Source: Myxococcota bacterium
Lineage (GTDB): Bacteria; Myxococcota; JAJVIH01
Length of the DNA stretch: 64,000 nucleotides
Direction of reading: 5' to 3'
Assembly: GCA_022072125.1 (NCBI GenBank)
Contig: JAJVIH010000013.1
Coordinates: forward strand, 36,204 to 100,203
Shown: positions 37,567 through 46,314 of the stretch, piece by piece
Numbering within the stretch: the stretch's first letter is position 1
How the letters are laid out: the number at the start of each line of letters is the position of its first letter
The notes under the pieces: generated by a model
Told to the model about the DNA's origin: nothing
Database searches by the model: none
What the model saw: only the letters and a program-made list of their open reading frames with translations
Made by a program: the position numbers and the translations under genes

Positions 37567-39243
37567 TCAGGTGCAGGTGATCTTGACCAGCAGGTCAAAC
37601 TCGACCGCCTTGCCATCCAGCGTGCGCCGTTGTTTTCCCCGGTTGATTTCGCCGAAGCATTCGGCGCCCTTGAGCGCCTTGTCTATGTTGTTGATGGATT
37701 CAAACGTCGGCACGCGGCCTTCAATGCGCACGCCGTCGGTCTTGATATCAATCTCGCGGATGTCCAGGTCTTTGGCGTCGCCGGGCCAATGTTTGGTGAT
37801 TTCATGCAGGAGATCGAACGCGCTCAGCCGCGGCCGGGTGGGAGCGGCGGTCTGCACCATGCTGGTGCGGATTTTCTGTTCGATGATGAACTCCGGCTCG
37901 CATTTTCCAGTGTTGAGCAGTTGCTTGCCCATTTCGCAGACGCGGCCATCCAGCTTGACCGAGAAATCATCCAGCGCGTCGAGGCGCAGCCAGGCGTGCG
38001 CCAGCCCCAGCGCCGCGAGAACCGCCACGCCGGCGCCGAGGCGGATGATCTTGCCCTTGAGGTGGCCGAAATCCCCCTTGTACGCGAAGGGACCCCGCCG
38101 GAAATTCAGCATGGCTCCGCGTCCGCCGCGCGACCCGGCGATGGCGATGGCGATGGCCTGCGCATCCTCCGGACCGGCGGGACCGCCCCAGCTTTGCAAG
38201 GGGATCAATTCGCAAGGCACGCCCAGGCGTTCCGTGAACCATTCCGGCAATCCGGAGACGCGCGCGAATCCGCCCGCCAGATAGATTTTTTCGGGCCATA
38301 GCTTGAGCTGCGCCCGCGCGCCCTGCAGCGTCAGCTTGAGTTCACGGATCAGCCCGGACAGCGCCCGCTCCGCCGCAAGCTGGATATCGCGCGCCGCGCC
38401 CTGGCTCTGCCGCGCGAAAACGAGCTGGTTTTCCTTGATGGATGCGGCGGTGCTCTCGTCCACCTTCAGGCGCTGGGCGATCTCCTGTTCGACTTCGCGC
38501 GCGCCCCGTTTCAGCGTGCGGACAAAACGCGCCTCGCCATGCCTGAGAATGCACAGGGAAGTGGTTTCGTGCCCCAGGTCGAGCACCGCCACCGGCCCTT
38601 CCTCTTCGCCGGTCGCGAAGTCAGGCGCCGCTTCGCCCTTTTTGGGCGTCTTCTTCTTCGCGGGCGGGTTGGAGATGCCTGCCTCCAGCGCCATGCTGGC
38701 GTAGGTCAGGGGGCTCATCAACACCTGACGCGGATCAATTCCGTGTTTCTGCAGGCGCAGGAGAAACTCCGACATCACATCGCGGCGGACCAAGCCCACC
38801 AGGAGGCGGGCGCTCGTGGGGGATTTGTCCACCACGCGGTAATCGTAGACGTATTGCTCCAGATCAAACGGAATCTGGTTTTCCAGCTCAAACTGGATGG
38901 TCTGGTCAATCCGCCGCCGGTCGGAAAAGGGCATTTCCAGCATGTGGATGCTGACCTTGTCGCCGGGCAGCGCGGCGGTGATCTGCTGCGCCGCGAATTT
39001 GCCCCGGGCCTTGAGTTCCCCCAGCAGTGTGTCGAGCGGATCGGGGGCCGCCGGTTCCGCGGGGGCTTCCGCGGAGGGGTCGCTTTCAGCCGCTGGCCCG
39101 GGCGGCTCCGGCTCGCGCAACAGACCGGCGGGCAGGGGAAACGCCTCCACGCTTTTGACCTGTACGCCGCGGAATGAACTTTCCGCCTCGGCAATCTTGA
39201 GGGTATGCGCGCCGAAATCGAGTCCGAGAATGCGTTGAGCCAT
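37567..39243 (-). CDS. gspL: Type II secretion system protein L (PilM-like actin fold, TM, PilN-like domain)
   Basis: ILGLDFGAHTLK, AVLDLGHETT, IYLAGG, NFRRG motif and a C-terminal TM. Confidence 0.85.
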   Translation of the reverse strand: MAQRILGLDFGAHTLKIAEAESSFRGVQVKSVEAFPLPAGLLREPEPPGPAAESDPSAEAPAEPAAPDPLDTLLGELKARGKFAAQQITAALPGDKVSIHMLEMPFSDRRRIDQTIQFELENQIPFDLEQYVYDYRVVDKSPTSARLLVGLVRRDVMSEFLLRLQKHGIDPRQVLMSPLTYASMALEAGISNPPAKKKTPKKGEAAPDFATGEEEGPVAVLDLGHETTSLCILRHGEARFVRTLKRGAREVEQEIAQRLKVDESTAASIKENQLVFARQSQGAARDIQLAAERALSGLIRELKLTLQGARAQLKLWPEKIYLAGGFARVSGLPEWFTERLGVPCELIPLQSWGGPAGPEDAQAIAIAIAGSRGGRGAMLNFRRGPFAYKGDFGHLKGKIIRLGAGVAVLAALGLAHAWLRLDALDDFSVKLDGRVCEMGKQLLNTGKCEPEFIIEQKIRTSMVQTAAPTRPRLSAFDLLHEITKHWPGDAKDLDIREIDIKTDGVRIEGRVPTFESINNIDKALKGAECFGEINRGKQRRTLDGKAVEFDLLVKITCT

Positions 39244-39251
39244 GGTGATGC

Positions 39252-40685
39252 TTAGTGCTCGTGATAGCCCCAGATTTGTCCGCCGTTGAGGGCGGCGCCC
39301 TGCGGCGATTCCGTGGCGACGACAAAATCAATGGTGGCGCGCGCCTTGTTGACCTCGCCCACCGCCTTGACGCGAAAGACCGTCGGCTGCGCGCCGAAAA
39401 CCTCTTCGGGCCGTAACCCCACCGCGGGCAGGGTGATTTGCAGTTCCTTCAGGTACTGATCCAGTTCGGCCCAGGTGACCGGCGCGCCCAGCAGGGTCTG
39501 GAGGCCCAGGTTGCCGAACATGCCGCCCATGCCCCCGCTCCCCTGAACGCGCGCGCGCAATTCCTTGCGCCATTGCTCGAAGCGATCCCAGAACTGCTTC
39601 TGGATGATCGGATCGCCGCAACCCAGCAGGGATCTTTCGCGGGCGCGGGTGGGGTCATACAACAGGCCGCACAGGGTCGCCATGATGACGGTCCAGTCGG
39701 CGGTCTGCAGGTTGACCGTGCGGTTGAGGTTGCCTGGATATACGGTGAGCTTGTTCCCGAAGATGCGCATGAAATCATCGCTGACGCCTCGCACCAGGTG
39801 GATTTCCTCCAGGGTGTCGAAAGGCGCGTTCTTGGGACGGTAATTCTCGCGCAGGCCGGCGTAAACCGCATCCTCCGGACCGCCGGACGAACCGGGGTAC
39901 AGCAGGCTGAACCGGTTGGTGTCCGCGTCCACCCAGTCCACCAGATTGGCGATCAGGTCTTCGCGCGTACCGGCATAGCCATCGGGCGCCGGGGTTTCAA
40001 AGAGGAAATTGTACTGCTGCGGCAGCAGCATGTGGCGGAGTTGTTCGATGACGATGCGCTGCTGGAAGGGGCTGCGCAGCATGCCGAGGTTAATCTTGCC
40101 GCTTTCGTCGCTGATCTCCGGGAAGAAATTCCCCTCGAATTCACCGATTCCATCCACCGTGTCGTCGAGTTCGCCGGTCAGTTCGTCGCGGTTGCTGATG
40201 GGGCCGGACAGCGATTCGTCTTCCGTTTCCGCGCAGGTGTTCATCAGTTCGCGCAGCAGTTCGCTGTCCGGCCGCACGAAGTTGGTGAACCGGATCTGCG
40301 CGCCGCCGATCATCTGCTGGGCCTGCGGAAACTGGCGCGCCAGGTTCTGGATGCCCTTGTTGAGCAGGTATTCCTGCCACAGCAGGATGCGCGCCAGGTT
40401 CATCGCCGAGGAGGCGAGATAACGCGCCTTGAGCTGGTCGCGTCCGTTCATCGCCAGCTTGAGCTGCACCCGGCTGGTGAAGGACATGTCCACCACCACG
40501 CTGGCCAGCACCGCGATGACAATCACCACCAGCAGCAACGCCACGCCCGCGCCGCTTCCCATCCGCGGCAAGCGGGCGAAACGGTGATTGGCGGGAATGC
40601 GCGTCCGCTGGTAGCGCATGCGGAGGCCCCAGGCCGCCAGCCCGCTGGCGGTTCCGGATTCGATATGGCGGCGCGGTTCTTCCAT
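39252..40685 (-). CDS. gspK: Type II secretion minor pseudopilin K
   Basis: G/VALLLVV prepilin site, DESGKINL, DWVDAD and KNAPFDTLEEIHLVRG. Exact start is uncertain. Confidence 0.9.
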   Translation of the reverse strand: MEEPRRHIESGTASGLAAWGLRMRYQRTRIPANHRFARLPRMGSGAGVALLLVVIVIAVLASVVVDMSFTSRVQLKLAMNGRDQLKARYLASSAMNLARILLWQEYLLNKGIQNLARQFPQAQQMIGGAQIRFTNFVRPDSELLRELMNTCAETEDESLSGPISNRDELTGELDDTVDGIGEFEGNFFPEISDESGKINLGMLRSPFQQRIVIEQLRHMLLPQQYNFLFETPAPDGYAGTREDLIANLVDWVDADTNRFSLLYPGSSGGPEDAVYAGLRENYRPKNAPFDTLEEIHLVRGVSDDFMRIFGNKLTVYPGNLNRTVNLQTADWTVIMATLCGLLYDPTRARERSLLGCGDPIIQKQFWDRFEQWRKELRARVQGSGGMGGMFGNLGLQTLLGAPVTWAELDQYLKELQITLPAVGLRPEEVFGAQPTVFRVKAVGEVNKARATIDFVVATESPQGAALNGGQIWGYHEH

Positions 40686-40688
40686 GGC

Positions 40689-41390
40689 TCAGATATTCCC
40701 AAAGCCCAGCGGGAAGGTCATGAAGATGCGGGTTTCGGTGATGAAATTGACATCCTCGCGGTTTTCGCCCGCTAGGGTGATGATGATGCGCACGCGCGTG
40801 GGCAGGCGGTTGGCCCGTTCGATGGCGGTGGTGTCCCAGCGGTCCACCCATTTGTCCTCGCCGCCTTCCTGGGGATCCCAGAATTTGAACTTCACCCGGC
40901 GCACATTCTCGATGAGGGGATAGCTCACGGTCCCTTCCTCGGCCTGCGGCTTGTCATCAATGCGGCGTTTTTCCCGGCGCATCAGCACGTTGGTTCCGGG
41001 CGTGTCCTGCGACGCCTCCATGAAGTAGGTGATGACATTCTGATCGCTGGTTTTGGAATCCTTGTAGAGGCGCAGGCCCGACATGGTGCAGAAGGTCAGG
41101 CGCGTGAAGTCCCCTTCGTCCTCTCCAATGAACACCGTGCGGGTGCGCTCTTCCGCCGGCCAGCGGTGAATGGAGATATAGGCGTGGGTGATTTCGTTCG
41201 CCATGCGCTGCATCGCCTGACGCACCTGCTGGTAGCGGTCCTGCACTTCAAGCATGCGGTCGCGGCCGCGCAGCACGCCGCCGAAGGTCATCCACACCGT
41301 CACCCCGATCATGGCGAGGATGGTCGAGGCGACCAGCACCTCCATCATGGTGAAACCGCCGTGGCGGATATGGCGTGTGACGGGTTTCAT
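40689..41390 (-). CDS. gspJ: Type II secretion minor pseudopilin J
   Basis: GG/FTMMEVLVA N-methylation motif and LP.RVRI. ATGA overlap with gspI. Confidence 0.85.
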   Translation of the reverse strand: MKPVTRHIRHGGFTMMEVLVASTILAMIGVTVWMTFGGVLRGRDRMLEVQDRYQQVRQAMQRMANEITHAYISIHRWPAEERTRTVFIGEDEGDFTRLTFCTMSGLRLYKDSKTSDQNVITYFMEASQDTPGTNVLMRREKRRIDDKPQAEEGTVSYPLIENVRRVKFKFWDPQEGGEDKWVDRWDTTAIERANRLPTRVRIIITLAGENREDVNFITETRIFMTFPLGFGNI

Positions 41391-42103
41391 GGCGAGCGGT
41401 TCTGACACCCGGGAAACAGGTGGGCGAATTTGGGATCAAGGCCCGGCGGGCAATACTGGTTCGGGTTCTGGTTGGGGTTTTGCTGGGGAGGATTTCCACC
41501 GCCTGGATTGGGAGTCTGCGGCGGCTGGGGAAGAGTCTGCCCCGGCGAAGGTGCGTCCGGAAGGTTCACCACGTGGGTGACCAGATCAAAGCTGCGTTCA
41601 TGCGCGCCTTCCATCCACAGGATGGTGAGTTTCACGTAGCGGGAGTTCTGCTGGATGTCCTTGAGCACCCGGTCCACCTGGGACTGGATGAATCCGCCCG
41701 TCGAATCGGTGTTTTTCGGAGCGATGCCCAGTCCGCCGCCGTCCGGGCCGCTGGGCGTTCCGCCCATCAGGCCGCTGAGCAGGTTGTTGATGTCAATGCA
41801 CATGTCCATCTTCTTGACCTCGGCCTTCCAGCGGAAATCTGGATATCCATCCTTGCCGAAATCGCCTTCATCCTCGTCGAGTTTGCCCCATTCGCGGTTG
41901 GGCAGGCGGATGATGTCCTCGATCTCGATCATTTTCTGGCGGGCGAGCAGCGTGGCCAGCGTGGTGTTGCGTACGTAGTTGGTCATGACCGCGCACGAGG
42001 TCTGCGACTCCATCAGCGACACCAGGGCGATGGCGAGAATGGCCATGGCGACCATGACCTCCAGCAGCGTGAACCCGGCGTGTATGTGCTGTCGCGCGCG
42101 CAT
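41387..42103 (-). CDS. gspI: Type II secretion minor pseudopilin I
   Basis: AG/FTLLEVMVAMAIL, and operon position. Confidence 0.85.
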   Translation of the reverse strand: MRARQHIHAGFTLLEVMVAMAILAIALVSLMESQTSCAVMTNYVRNTTLATLLARQKMIEIEDIIRLPNREWGKLDEDEGDFGKDGYPDFRWKAEVKKMDMCIDINNLLSGLMGGTPSGPDGGGLGIAPKNTDSTGGFIQSQVDRVLKDIQQNSRYVKLTILWMEGAHERSFDLVTHVVNLPDAPSPGQTLPQPPQTPNPGGGNPPQQNPNQNPNQYCPPGLDPKFAHLFPGCQNRSP

Positions 42104-42104
42104 G

Positions 42105-42848
42105 TCACTCCTTCGGGACCTCGGCGAATCCGGCGCGCACGCTGGTTTTGCCGGAGAGCGGCGAAACCTCCAGCGTATACACGTCGCCGCCTTCGGATGC
42201 GAGGTGAATCACCGCCTTTTCGACGAACCCATTGGGGAAAAAGTACAGATAGGCCTTGCCCTTCGAGACCCGCTCTTCCTGATGGCTCACCCACACGCCG
42301 TCAAACAGCACGCGCGAGGGCAATTCCACTTCGCGGAAGATGTCTTCGTCTCCCTCCTCGGCGGTGAAAACCGGCTTGGGCGCCTTTTTGAGTTTTTCCT
42401 CCTCCTCTTCCCATTCAGACATTCTGCGGGAGAACCGCTTGCCGGACTCCGTCTCCTGGCCGTCCTCCGCTTCGTTCACATCCAGCTTGCCATCGAAGGA
42501 CCTGGCTTTTTCCTGTTCCAGCAGGAATGACTGATCGCTGCATTCGATGTGATACTTGCGCGCGTCAAGATCAAACACGATGCGGCAGTACTTCGCGTTC
42601 ATGGCGCTGTAGTTGTAGACGTAGCGGATGGTCTGCGACAGCTTCTGGGCGGCGGTGCGCAAATCGGCGGCGAACAGGGCGCCCAGGCCCGGAACAGCCA
42701 GCGCGAACATCAGGCCGATGATCATCATCGCCACCGTCATTTCGACGACGGTGACGCCGCCATGGCGCCGCGGAATACGGGCCGCGCGCCGCGCCAGCCT
42801 TGCGGGCGAATTCCAGAGCGCGGCGAATGTCTGGCGGGCCTGGTTCAC
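42105..42848 (-). CDS. gspH: Type II secretion minor pseudopilin H
   Basis: GG/VTVVEMTV prepilin motif, YFFPNG, and operon position. Confidence 0.8.
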   Translation of the reverse strand: MNQARQTFAALWNSPARLARRAARIPRRHGGVTVVEMTVAMMIIGLMFALAVPGLGALFAADLRTAAQKLSQTIRYVYNYSAMNAKYCRIVFDLDARKYHIECSDQSFLLEQEKARSFDGKLDVNEAEDGQETESGKRFSRRMSEWEEEEEKLKKAPKPVFTAEEGDEDIFREVELPSRVLFDGVWVSHQEERVSKGKAYLYFFPNGFVEKAVIHLASEGGDVYTLEVSPLSGKTSVRAGFAEVPKE

Positions 42849-42860
42849 GTCTTCATCCTC

Positions 42861-43307
42861 TTACTGATCGCAGGGAGGTTTGCCGGGGTAGGTGTCGGCG
42901 GACTCTCCTTCGCCGCCGGGAGTTCCATCACGTCCGAGGGAGAAGACCTGGAAGTCGTCGGTGCCGGGGGCGGGCGGCAGGTAGTTGTATTCCTTGCCCC
43001 AGGGGTCCTTGGGCACGCTGTCCTTCGAGATGAATTTTTCGGTCACCAGTTCCTGGAGCGACTGGGGGTATTTGTTCTTGGTCGCGTAGTACGAGGTGAT
43101 GGCGCCCTTGATGCTGGTTGTTTCCTGGCAGGCGGTCTTGGTGCGCGCCTCGGAGAGGTATTTGAACACGCCAAAGCCCACGGCGCTGGTGACGATGCCG
43201 ATGATCACGATGACGACCATGATTTCGACGAGGGTCAGGCCGGCGCGGCGGAAATAGCGCCCCAGCAGGCGCGGGCGGCGGGATATCCGGATTCGGCGGG
43301 TCTTCAT
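42861..43307 (-). CDS. gspG: Type II secretion major pseudopilin G
   Basis: AG/LTLVEIMVV, PKDPWG and SLGRDG..GGEG. Confidence 0.92.
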   Translation of the reverse strand: MKTRRIRISRRPRLLGRYFRRAGLTLVEIMVVIVIIGIVTSAVGFGVFKYLSEARTKTACQETTSIKGAITSYYATKNKYPQSLQELVTEKFISKDSVPKDPWGKEYNYLPPAPGTDDFQVFSLGRDGTPGGEGESADTYPGKPPCDQ

Positions 43308-43327
43308 GTCGGGTTGCTCCGTTGGGG

Positions 43328-44548
43328 TTATTTGACGAACTGGTTGATCTGCATGATCGGCAGCAGGATGGAGATGATGATGAATCCGGCCACCACGCCC
43401 ATGCCCACGATCATCAGCGGTTCAAGGATGGTTGTCATCAGCGAGATCCGCATGTTGACCTGGCGATCATAGGCGTCGCTGACCTTGTTCAGCATGCCTT
43501 CCAGTTCGCCGGATTTTTCTCCAACCGCGATCATGTGGGTCACGATCGGCGGAAACTGTCCGCTGCGGCGGATGGGTTCGGCCAGCGGCGCGCCTTCCTT
43601 CACCGCCTCGCGGGTCTGCTCGATGACGCCCGCCAGCACCGAATTGGCGACGATATTCCGGACGATGTCGAGCGCCTTGAGCAGCGGCACGCCGGAGGAA
43701 AGCAGGGTCGCCAGCGTGCGGGAGAACCGGCTGATGGCGACCAGCCGCACCAGCGGGCCGAAGATCGGCGCGCGCAGGGTGAAGGCGTCCCACGTGGAGC
43801 GCCCCCTGGGCGTGCCCACCCAGCGGCGGAAACCCAGTACGCCCGAGATCAGCATCAGCAGGATCAGCCACCAGTAGCTGGCCATGGTTTCGGAAAACCA
43901 GATGAGAATGCGCGTGATCAGCGGCAACTGGGCGTTCAGGTCCTGGAACACCTTGGTGATTTTGGGCACCACGAATACGAACAGCGTGGTCAGCACGCCC
44001 GCGCCGACGATCATCATGATGACCGGATAGGCCATGGTGGTGATCAGCTTCGAGCGCAGCGCCGACTGGTTTTCGGTGAAATCCGCCAGGCGCTCCAACA
44101 CCACTTCGAGGGCGCCCGAGGATTCGCCGGCCTGGATCATGCTGACATACAGGTTGGAGAAAATTTTCGGGTAGCCGCTCATGGCGTCGGCCAGCGAGGC
44201 CCCTTCGTTGACCTGTTGCTTGATCTGCGACAGGGCCAGCACCAGGTTGGGGTTTTCGACCTGTTCGGAGAGCGCGTTGATGGCGTCCACCAGCGGAATG
44301 CCCGCGCCGATCAGCGTGGCGAGCTGCCGCGTCATCATCGCCAGTTCGGCGGAACTCACGCGGCTGAAGGCGCGCTGGAGGTTGACCTCGCCCTTGCGCT
44401 CCTCCCCCTTCTTTTCCTCGCGCACGTCGGTCAGAAAGACGCCGTCTTTGCGCAAGACCGTGCGCAGGGCCTTGGCGCTCTCCACCTCCCGGATGCCCGA
44501 GACGGTTTTTCCCGCGGCGTTCAGCCCCTTGTAGGCGTAAACCGGCAT
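43328..44548 (-). CDS. gspF: Type II secretion inner membrane platform protein F
   Basis: Motifs TRQLATLIGAGIPL, AGESSGAL and GEKSGEL; two T2SSF repeats. Confidence 0.95.
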   Translation of the reverse strand: MPVYAYKGLNAAGKTVSGIREVESAKALRTVLRKDGVFLTDVREEKKGEERKGEVNLQRAFSRVSSAELAMMTRQLATLIGAGIPLVDAINALSEQVENPNLVLALSQIKQQVNEGASLADAMSGYPKIFSNLYVSMIQAGESSGALEVVLERLADFTENQSALRSKLITTMAYPVIMMIVGAGVLTTLFVFVVPKITKVFQDLNAQLPLITRILIWFSETMASYWWLILLMLISGVLGFRRWVGTPRGRSTWDAFTLRAPIFGPLVRLVAISRFSRTLATLLSSGVPLLKALDIVRNIVANSVLAGVIEQTREAVKEGAPLAEPIRRSGQFPPIVTHMIAVGEKSGELEGMLNKVSDAYDRQVNMRISLMTTILEPLMIVGMGVVAGFIIISILLPIMQINQFVK

Positions 44549-44550
44549 GC

Positions 44551-46314
44551 TTACACCGTGTCATCCTGGGTGACGCGCAACACCTCTTCGATGGTGGTGA
44601 CTCCCATCGTCACCTTGCGCGCGCCGTCGTCGCGCAGGGTTTTCATGCCCTGCTTCAGCGCCTGTTTCTTGAGGGTTCCCGCATCCACGTTCTGCACGAT
44701 GAGCTGGCGGATTTCATCGGTGACCGTCAGCAGTTCGTAAATGCCCTCGCGCCCCTGGTAGCCGGTTTCGTGGCATGCGGAGCAGCCGCGGGCGCGGTAG
44801 ATCGGCCCCTTCAGATCTTCGGGGCGCAAGCCCACCTCGGCCAGCGCCTCGGCGGTAGGCGTATAAGACTGGCGGCACTCCGGGCATACGCGGCGCACCA
44901 GGCGCTGGGCCAGCACCGCGATGAGCGACGAGGCGACCAGAAAGGGCTCCACCCCCATGTCCACCAGGCGGGTGACCGAACTGGCCGCGTCGTTGGTGTG
45001 CAGGGTCGAAAACACCAGGTGTCCGGTGAGTGAAGCCTGAATCGCGATTTCGGCGGTCTCTAGGTCGCGGGTTTCGCCGATCAGGATGACATCCGGGTCC
45101 TGGCGCAGGATGGATCGCAACACGTTGACGAAGGTCAGGCCGATCTTCGCCTGCACCTGGATCTGTCCAATGCCGGGAAGCTGGTATTCCACCGGGTCTT
45201 CAACGGTGAGGATATTGATGTCCGGCTGGTTGATCTCCGCCAGCGCCGAATAGAGCGTGGTGGTTTTGCCCGAACCGGTGGGGCCGGTGACCAGGACAAT
45301 GCCGTGGCTTTTGTTGATGATGCGGCGGATCTGCGTCAGGCGGTCTTCGGCGAAGCCCAGGCTGTTCAGATCCAGCAGGGTGTTGGTGCGGTCGAGCAGA
45401 CGCAGCACAATCCGTTCGCCGTAATTGGTGGGCAGCGACGATACGCGGATATCCACATCCTTGCCCGCGATTTTGATGCGGATGCGTCCATCCTGCGGCA
45501 GGCGTTTTTCGGCGATATTCAGACCGGCCATGATCTTCACGCGGCTGGTCACCGCGGCCTGCAGGCCCTTGGGCGGACGCAGCACTTCGTAGAGTTGTCC
45601 GTCAATGCGGAAGCGCACCACCATGTCGCGCTCCGCCGGTTCGATATGGATATCGGACGCGCGGCGGTTCACCGCCTGGGCCATCAGCGTATTGACGAGG
45701 CGGATGATCGGCGCCTCGTCGTCCACATCGAGCAGGTCCTGGATTTCCTCGACTTCGTGCGCGAGAGAATCCAGGCTGTCGTCGTCCCTGATGTCGTCCA
45801 TCACCGCTTCGGCGGCGTGGGCCTTGCGGTCGTAGGTTTTGTTGATGGCCTCGACGATCCGTTCGGGAGTGGAAAGCACCGGCTCGATCACGCAGCCGGT
45901 CATCAGGCCCAGGTCGTCCAGCACCGACAACTGCAGCGGGTCGGCGGTGATCACGGTCAGGGTGCGGGACTCGCGGCGCAGGGGGATCACATTGAACTGC
46001 TTGGCGAAAGTGATGGGCAGTTCGCGGATCAGGTCCAGCGGAATTTCATCGGCGGGGATATCCAGCATCACGGTCAGTTCGAGTTGTTCTCCCAAGGCGC
46101 GAATGATCTGTTCGGCGGTGGCCGCCTTTTGTTCGATTAGAATCTCGCCCAGCCGCGCTCCGGTCTCCGCCTGCCGCGCCAGCGCGGCTTCGATGTCCTT
46201 CGGTTTGACGCCGTGGCGGGCGGTCAGGATTTCGCCCAGCAGCGAACCGGCCGTGGCTGGCGGAGGCGGCGCGGGAGCGGCGGCGCGCGGCGGGATGGAA
46301 GCGGCGCTGCTCAT
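44551..46314 (-). CDS. gspE: Type II secretion ATPase E with N-terminal MshEN-like domain
   Basis: ASDIHIEP, GPTGSGKTTT, EDPVE, LRQDPD, TGHLVFSTLH and a tetra-Cys Zn motif. Confidence 0.96.
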   Translation of the reverse strand: MSSAASIPPRAAAPAPPPPATAGSLLGEILTARHGVKPKDIEAALARQAETGARLGEILIEQKAATAEQIIRALGEQLELTVMLDIPADEIPLDLIRELPITFAKQFNVIPLRRESRTLTVITADPLQLSVLDDLGLMTGCVIEPVLSTPERIVEAINKTYDRKAHAAEAVMDDIRDDDSLDSLAHEVEEIQDLLDVDDEAPIIRLVNTLMAQAVNRRASDIHIEPAERDMVVRFRIDGQLYEVLRPPKGLQAAVTSRVKIMAGLNIAEKRLPQDGRIRIKIAGKDVDIRVSSLPTNYGERIVLRLLDRTNTLLDLNSLGFAEDRLTQIRRIINKSHGIVLVTGPTGSGKTTTLYSALAEINQPDINILTVEDPVEYQLPGIGQIQVQAKIGLTFVNVLRSILRQDPDVILIGETRDLETAEIAIQASLTGHLVFSTLHTNDAASSVTRLVDMGVEPFLVASSLIAVLAQRLVRRVCPECRQSYTPTAEALAEVGLRPEDLKGPIYRARGCSACHETGYQGREGIYELLTVTDEIRQLIVQNVDAGTLKKQALKQGMKTLRDDGARKVTMGVTTIEEVLRVTQDDTV

